From IMG/VR virus record IMGVR_UViG_3300043777_000056, positions 7,798-71,797 of that record: DNA of 64,000 nt. One strand, written 5' to 3'. Position 1 is the stretch's first letter. Each line of letters opens with the position of its first letter. A program made the translations under genes and the position numbers. The stretch comes from a virus. Positions 63,807 to 64,000 of the stretch are shown one piece after another. The notes beneath the pieces were generated by a model that did not search any database, was not told where the DNA came from, and saw nothing but the letters and a program-made list of their open reading frames with translations.

Positions 63807-64000
63807 CTATGTCATAGAAGGCATGGCTATGACCTCCGTCATCTGTATGGTGTACAACTCTTCCATGGCGCGCGTGGTGGCAACGTAACGCAGATTGTCC
63901 TCCTGCACTTTCTGCCAATCCATACGGGCCCACTTGATTGACTGCTCGCTGTCGAGCCAGAACACGCGGCGAGACTCCAGGCCTTTGGCCTTGTGGATCG
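63807..64000 (-). CDS. UvrD/Rep-like SF1 helicase, C-terminal end (gene continues beyond the window)
   Basis: Hand translation: IHKAKGLESRRVFWLD...EDNLRYVATTRAMEEL (motifs V and VI). Confidence 0.85.
   Translation of the reverse strand, partial: IHKAKGLESRRVFWLDSEQSIKWARMDWQKVQEDNLRYVATTRAMEELYTIQMTEVIAMPSMT

Noticed and set aside
1-64000. Prophage boundaries, integrase or host genes
   Set aside because: None seen. dnaQ, rtcB, ssb and groES-like genes are embedded in phage operons, and lifestyle cannot be decided from this window.

Overview
The whole window is part of a tailed dsDNA phage genome. It looks podovirus-like (no tape-measure or sheath gene, three ejection-type proteins) and infects a diderm host (two-component spanin). 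Both ends fall inside genes. Order of modules: adaptor, tail and fibre genes including a collagen-like fibre (1-9.4 kb); a GNAT + sulfotransferase + 2OG-Fe(II) hydroxylase cassette; three internal/ejection proteins ending in a 3140-aa polyvalent protein (11-22.8 kb); lysis (22.8-24.7 kb); a leftward recombination operon (ERF, YqaJ, SSB) divergent from a primase-helicase; accessory and nucleotide/RNA-metabolism genes around terS and terL; portal, DnaQ, GroES-like, scaffold and capsid genes; an RNA-centred cargo block (structured RNAs, two atypical tRNA-like genes, pentapeptide protein, RtcB, HAD); two more virion proteins; and a leftward block ending in a truncated UvrD-like helicase. The most unusual signal is three small +1-frame ORFs nested inside the polyvalent gene, next to its zeta-toxin-like and glycosylase-like domains; these are candidate hidden immunity genes. 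Also notable are a SAM-lyase-like insert in the same protein, a Lys/Arg-free collagen near a hydroxylase, one domain grafted into four virion proteins, and an anticodon-less tRNA mimic. All family calls come from reading motifs by eye; no database search was run.
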